From Candidatus Omnitrophota bacterium (GTDB taxonomy: Bacteria; Omnitrophota; Gorgyraeia; JAGLLT01): a stretch of DNA of 64,000 nt. Positions 60,142 to 64,000 of the stretch are shown here, in pieces. Below the pieces are notes generated by a model. It searched no databases. It saw nothing but the letters and a program-made list of their open reading frames with translations, and had not been told where the DNA came from. The stretch spans positions 13,325 through 77,324 of the forward strand of contig DAOVJY010000002.1 in the NCBI GenBank assembly GCA_030632085.1. The letters run 5' to 3'. Position 1 is the stretch's first letter. Each line of letters begins with the position of its first letter. The position numbers and the translations under genes were made by a program.

Positions 60142-61365
60142 TTGATGGATTATCAAAATATCTATTTTATTAGCGCGATAATATTGGGCTTCTATATGGC
60201 CTGGAACATCGGTGCCAACGATATGGCGAACGCGATGGCCAGCTGTGTTGGAGCTAAAGCGGTTACTTTAAAACAGGCCGTTTTTATAGGGGCTATTCTA
60301 TGTTTTTTTGGAGCTACCTTAGTGGGTGGCCATGTAGCTGATACAATAAAAAAAGGTATTGTCGATACTTCCGCCATCGCTGATTTAGACATTATAATAA
60401 AAGGTTTATTGGCTACGTTATTAGCCGCCGGCATTTGGATTACTTTTGCTACCTGGTTTGCCTGGCCGGTTTCCACTACGCATTCTATCATAGGAGCTTT
60501 AGTCGGTTTTGGTTTATTCGCGATTGGGCCTCAGTCGATTAATTGGAGTAAGCTTATCGGAGTTGTGATTAGCTGGGTTAGCTCCCCTGTTTTTGCCGGA
60601 CTGACGGCTTTTGTTTTTTTTAAAATTATTCATAGGTTTATTTTATCCGTTGATGAGAGCGAAAAAGCGACAGTTAAAATCGGGCCTATCTTTATAGGCA
60701 TGACTTTTTTTCTGGTGGTAATGTCTTTATTATTAAAGAGCCCATTGGGTAAACTTTTGGAAATTGGGTTAGCTGACGGATTATTGTATGCTTTGACGGC
60801 GGCCGTTATAAGCGGAGCCCTCGGGTTTTTGTTTATCAGGAAAGTGGTCGCGAAAGGTTACAAAGTAGAAGATGTCTTTAGGGTTTTACAAATTATGACA
60901 TCATGCTATATCGCGTTTTCTATAGGAGCTAACGATGTTGCTAATGCTGTTGGCCCGGTAGCCGGTATCCTGGGTATTATAAAAGACCAGAGCCTTCAAT
61001 GTAAAGTGCAGGTACCTGTAAATCTTTTGGCTATGGGAGGAGTTGGTATTATTTTAGGTATGGCTACATGGGGTTACAAGGTTATCGGTACTGTGGGCAG
61101 TAAAATTACAGAGTTGACTAATTCAAGAGGATTTTCTATTGATTTTTCGGCGGCTACCAGTGTGCTTATAGCTTCAAAAATGGGTATGCCGGTTTCAACC
61201 ACACACGCGGTGATCGGGGCGGTTTGCGGTGTGGGGCTGGCCCGCGGTTTAGACGCGGTTGATTTTAGAATTGTGAAGAAGATTTTTGTCTCGTGGATAG
61301 CCACCATACCGGCGGCGGCAATTACATGTATACTGCTATATAAATTGTTTATGTGGCTTTTTTAA
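60142..61365 (+). CDS. PiT-family inorganic phosphate transporter
   Basis: GANDMAN/GANDVAN and two PVSTTH motifs. Confidence 0.94.
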   Translation: MMDYQNIYFISAIILGFYMAWNIGANDMANAMASCVGAKAVTLKQAVFIGAILCFFGATLVGGHVADTIKKGIVDTSAIADLDIIIKGLLATLLAAGIWITFATWFAWPVSTTHSIIGALVGFGLFAIGPQSINWSKLIGVVISWVSSPVFAGLTAFVFFKIIHRFILSVDESEKATVKIGPIFIGMTFFLVVMSLLLKSPLGKLLEIGLADGLLYALTAAVISGALGFLFIRKVVAKGYKVEDVFRVLQIMTSCYIAFSIGANDVANAVGPVAGILGIIKDQSLQCKVQVPVNLLAMGGVGIILGMATWGYKVIGTVGSKITELTNSRGFSIDFSAATSVLIASKMGMPVSTTHAVIGAVCGVGLARGLDAVDFRIVKKIFVSWIATIPAAAITCILLYKLFMWLF

Positions 61366-61427
61366 ATGAACACGCAATTTATGAAAGCAATAAACATAAA
61401 TTGCTTATTAAACGGAGGTGATGGTTT

Positions 61428-62096
61428 ATGTTTGGAAGAATTCCAATTTTATCTGTTCTAAGAAAATCTCCCTTTGATGATTTTGTTGAACACGCTTCTA
61501 AGGTTAATGAATGTATTCATATCTGGAAACAAGCGGTCAGTGCCTATTTAGAAAAGAAATATGATATCTTCGGGGAACTTTCCAATAAGGTCCAGCTCTT
61601 AGAACATGAAGCTGATTTAATAAAAGGTAAAATAAGCGCCCATTTGCCTAAAGGTATTTATATGCCTGTTTTTAAATCCGATTTCATGATGTGCCTTAAG
61701 GAACAGGATGCCGTTTTGGATCACGCGGAAGATACGGTTATCTGGCTCAGTTTCAAAAAGGTGGACATGTCTTTTATTAAAGATGAGTTACTGCAGCACA
61801 CCCAGAAAGTTACCGAGACCGTAGAAACGCTGGAAAAAGTAGCCCTAAGGCTAAAAGAGTTTTTTAGAACCTATAAAAACGCCACCAGAGAAGAAATGAA
61901 AGAACTCATTAAGGAGGTTCACCGTCAAGAGTGGGAATCTGACAGGATAGAAAAAGCGCTCACTAAAAAAGTTTTTAACTCCGGCAAAGACACTCTTTCA
62001 ATTTACTTTATGGTTAAAGCTATAAGTTTATCCGCCAGTATCGCGAACCACGCGGAAAACGCGGGTGATAGAATTAGAGCTATGATAGCTAAGTAA
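61428..62096 (+). CDS. DUF47/TIGR00153 phosphate transport regulator
   Basis: LEHEAD and EWESD motifs; adjacent to pit. Confidence 0.88.
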   Translation: MFGRIPILSVLRKSPFDDFVEHASKVNECIHIWKQAVSAYLEKKYDIFGELSNKVQLLEHEADLIKGKISAHLPKGIYMPVFKSDFMMCLKEQDAVLDHAEDTVIWLSFKKVDMSFIKDELLQHTQKVTETVETLEKVALRLKEFFRTYKNATREEMKELIKEVHRQEWESDRIEKALTKKVFNSGKDTLSIYFMVKAISLSASIANHAENAGDRIRAMIAK

Positions 62097-62113
62097 AGTA
62101 CGCATAGCCTTTC

Positions 62114-62142
62114 TTGACGTTATCTTTAATTGGCTGTATAAT
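62114..62142 (+). promoter_or_regulatory. Sigma70-like promoter
   Basis: TTGACG-17 bp-TATAAT. Confidence 0.7.
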
Positions 62143-62165
62143 ATAACCTAAAAGGGTTAGAAAAA

Positions 62166-63878
62166 TTGATTGATAACAGTAGACTCATAAAAGACAGTAT
62201 TCGCAACACAGGCTTGCTTACTGATGACCAGATTAGACAAGCCCTTGAATTTCAACTTAAAAGTAAAGATTGCTTTAGTCATATATTGGCTAAAATGGGG
62301 TTTATCGTTAATGAAGATGTGGTTAGCAGCCTACCTGATCAAATTGGACTTGTGCCCGTTTCTTTAAAAGATATAAAAGTTGATAATAAGGCCGTAAAAA
62401 AAGTTTCTTCATCTTTTGCTTATCAACATAGAATCCTACCTATAAATTTTCAAGACGACGTTTTAACCATAGTCACAGATGACCCGCTTAATTTTTTAGC
62501 TTTGGAGAATTTAAATAAAATATTAGGGTTAAAGATGAAAGCTATCCTTGTGACGGAAAGCGAACTCAAGGAGAAACAGAATTTATATTACGGAGATAAG
62601 AAAGAAGAAGAGAAGGCCTTAGATAATGTTGTCCAAACTATTGATACTGAAAAGGAATATTATGGCAAGGGCGAAGAAGCTGGATTTGCTTATGCTACCG
62701 GTGAAGAAGACGCTCCTATTATTCGTTTAGTAGGTTTAATACTAAGTGAGGCTGTAAAAAATAGGGCCAGTGATATTCATGTTGAACCCCTGGAGAAAGA
62801 ATTTAGGGTTCGCTATAGAATAGACGGCCTTTTGCATGAAGTACCCGCTCCGCCAAAACATTTACAAGGTTCAGTTATTAGTCGAATAAAACTTATGGCC
62901 GGCATAGATATTGCTGAGAAACGGCTGCCCCAGGACGGGCGTATCCGAGTTCGGCTTTTAGATAAAGATTTGGATTTGCGCGTTTCAACCTTGCCCGGAA
63001 TTTACGGCGAATCGGTAGTTATGAGAATTCTTGATAAGGCGAGTTTACTTATCGGTTTGGAAGAAATCGGTTTTCTTACTGAAGATAGAAAGAAATTTGA
63101 AGAGTTAATTGAACTGCCCAACGGTACACTCTTGGTTACCGGCCCTACGGGGTCGGGGAAAACCACTACCCTTTATGCCGCGCTTAATTATCTTAATAAA
63201 CCTAATAAAAAAATAATTACTATTGAAGATCCGGTTGAATATCAGATAAAAGGTATTAATCAGGTTCAAATAAGGCCCCAAATTGGTTTGACCTTTTCCT
63301 CGGGATTAAGAGCCATGCTTAGGCAGGCCCCCGATGTGATTCTTGTGGGTGAAATTCGCGACAAAGAGACGGCTTCAATTGCTATTCAGGCGGCGCTTAC
63401 CGGCCACCTGGTATTTTCTACACTGCATACTAATGATGCTCCGGGAGCGGTTACCCGATTGATTGATATGGGCATAAAAGGCTACCTGGTAGCTTCGACT
63501 CTGCAGGCGGTATTAGCTCAGAGATTAGTCAGGAGGATATGTCCCAACTGCAAAAAACCTTACACTCCAAAACCGGAAGAAATCAAGGCTATGGGATTAA
63601 AGGAAAAGGATTTGGTGGGAGCTGAATTCATGATGGGTGAGGGTTGTCCGGAATGCAGTAATACAGGCTTTAGGGGAAGGCAGGCAATTTTTGAAATGCT
63701 GATTGTAAACGACACAATAAGAGAAATGATTTTTGAGAAAAAATCAAGTTCTGAGATAAAAAATAAAGCCGTTCAACTGGGTATGAAAACTTTAAAAGAA
63801 AACGGCAAGATAAAAGCCCTTAAGGGTGTGACAACCATTTCAGAGGTTATACGTGTGGCCCAGATGGATGAATTATAA
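62166..63878 (+). CDS. pilB: PilB/GspE secretion ATPase
   Basis: ASDIHVEP, GPTGSGKTTT, GHLVFSTLHTN and Zn-binding CxxC pairs. Confidence 0.9.
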   Translation: MIDNSRLIKDSIRNTGLLTDDQIRQALEFQLKSKDCFSHILAKMGFIVNEDVVSSLPDQIGLVPVSLKDIKVDNKAVKKVSSSFAYQHRILPINFQDDVLTIVTDDPLNFLALENLNKILGLKMKAILVTESELKEKQNLYYGDKKEEEKALDNVVQTIDTEKEYYGKGEEAGFAYATGEEDAPIIRLVGLILSEAVKNRASDIHVEPLEKEFRVRYRIDGLLHEVPAPPKHLQGSVISRIKLMAGIDIAEKRLPQDGRIRVRLLDKDLDLRVSTLPGIYGESVVMRILDKASLLIGLEEIGFLTEDRKKFEELIELPNGTLLVTGPTGSGKTTTLYAALNYLNKPNKKIITIEDPVEYQIKGINQVQIRPQIGLTFSSGLRAMLRQAPDVILVGEIRDKETASIAIQAALTGHLVFSTLHTNDAPGAVTRLIDMGIKGYLVASTLQAVLAQRLVRRICPNCKKPYTPKPEEIKAMGLKEKDLVGAEFMMGEGCPECSNTGFRGRQAIFEMLIVNDTIREMIFEKKSSSEIKNKAVQLGMKTLKENGKIKALKGVTTISEVIRVAQMDEL

Positions 63879-63890
63879 AGAAAGGTACAT

Positions 63891-64000
63891 ATGCTAGCGG
63901 TTAATAATCTTCTTTCAGAGTGCATTAATAAAAACGCGTCAGATCTTCATATCACTTTAGGTAAACCTCCGATTTTACGTCTTAACGGCGGTTTAATTCC
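63891..64000 (+). CDS. pilT: PilT-family retraction ATPase (3'-truncated by window)
   Basis: MLAVNNLL..ASDLHITLGKPPILRLNG. Confidence 0.8.
   Translation, partial: MLAVNNLLSECINKNASDLHITLGKPPILRLNGGLI

Noticed and set aside
1015-61307. Numerous minus-strand and alternate-frame ORFs in the ORF track
   Set aside because: Shadows of well-supported + strand genes, with no recognisable motifs

Overview
Low-GC bacterial chromosomal segment from an anaerobe, plausibly Ca. Omnitrophota (inferred from gene content, not established). All of its roughly 60 credible genes lie on the + strand. Most are housekeeping or central metabolism: carA, half-length carB, purF, mnmG, guaA, nfnAB, FMN glutamate synthase, PEPCK, purC, trkAH, PFOR, aspC-leuCD-like-icd-mdh, surA-pdxA-rsmA, gatCAB, tsaD, pit and pilB/pilT. 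There is also a Fur-led NifX/COG1149/DUF89 metal-sulfur cluster and a protein-only RNase P (HARP). The unusual signal is intergenic and has four parts. (1) A dispersed family of nested, bulged hairpin elements with a constant TTAAT-TC...TC-ATTAA frame, mostly fused to Shine-Dalgarno sites, including one mirror-image doublet and one loop inversion. (2) Mosaic A-rich 7-bp-period repeat arrays with embedded CCC-N4-GGGCACAGGC modules; they have entered two coding sequences. (3) A RAYT/REP remnant followed by two attC-like cassettes (tsaA, vapBC) with no integrase in the window. (4) ANTAR-type attenuator leaders on nitrogen/redox genes. Several deletion remnants are present (mfd, pfpI, ccdA/tlpA). 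No rRNA, tRNA or CRISPR array was recognised.
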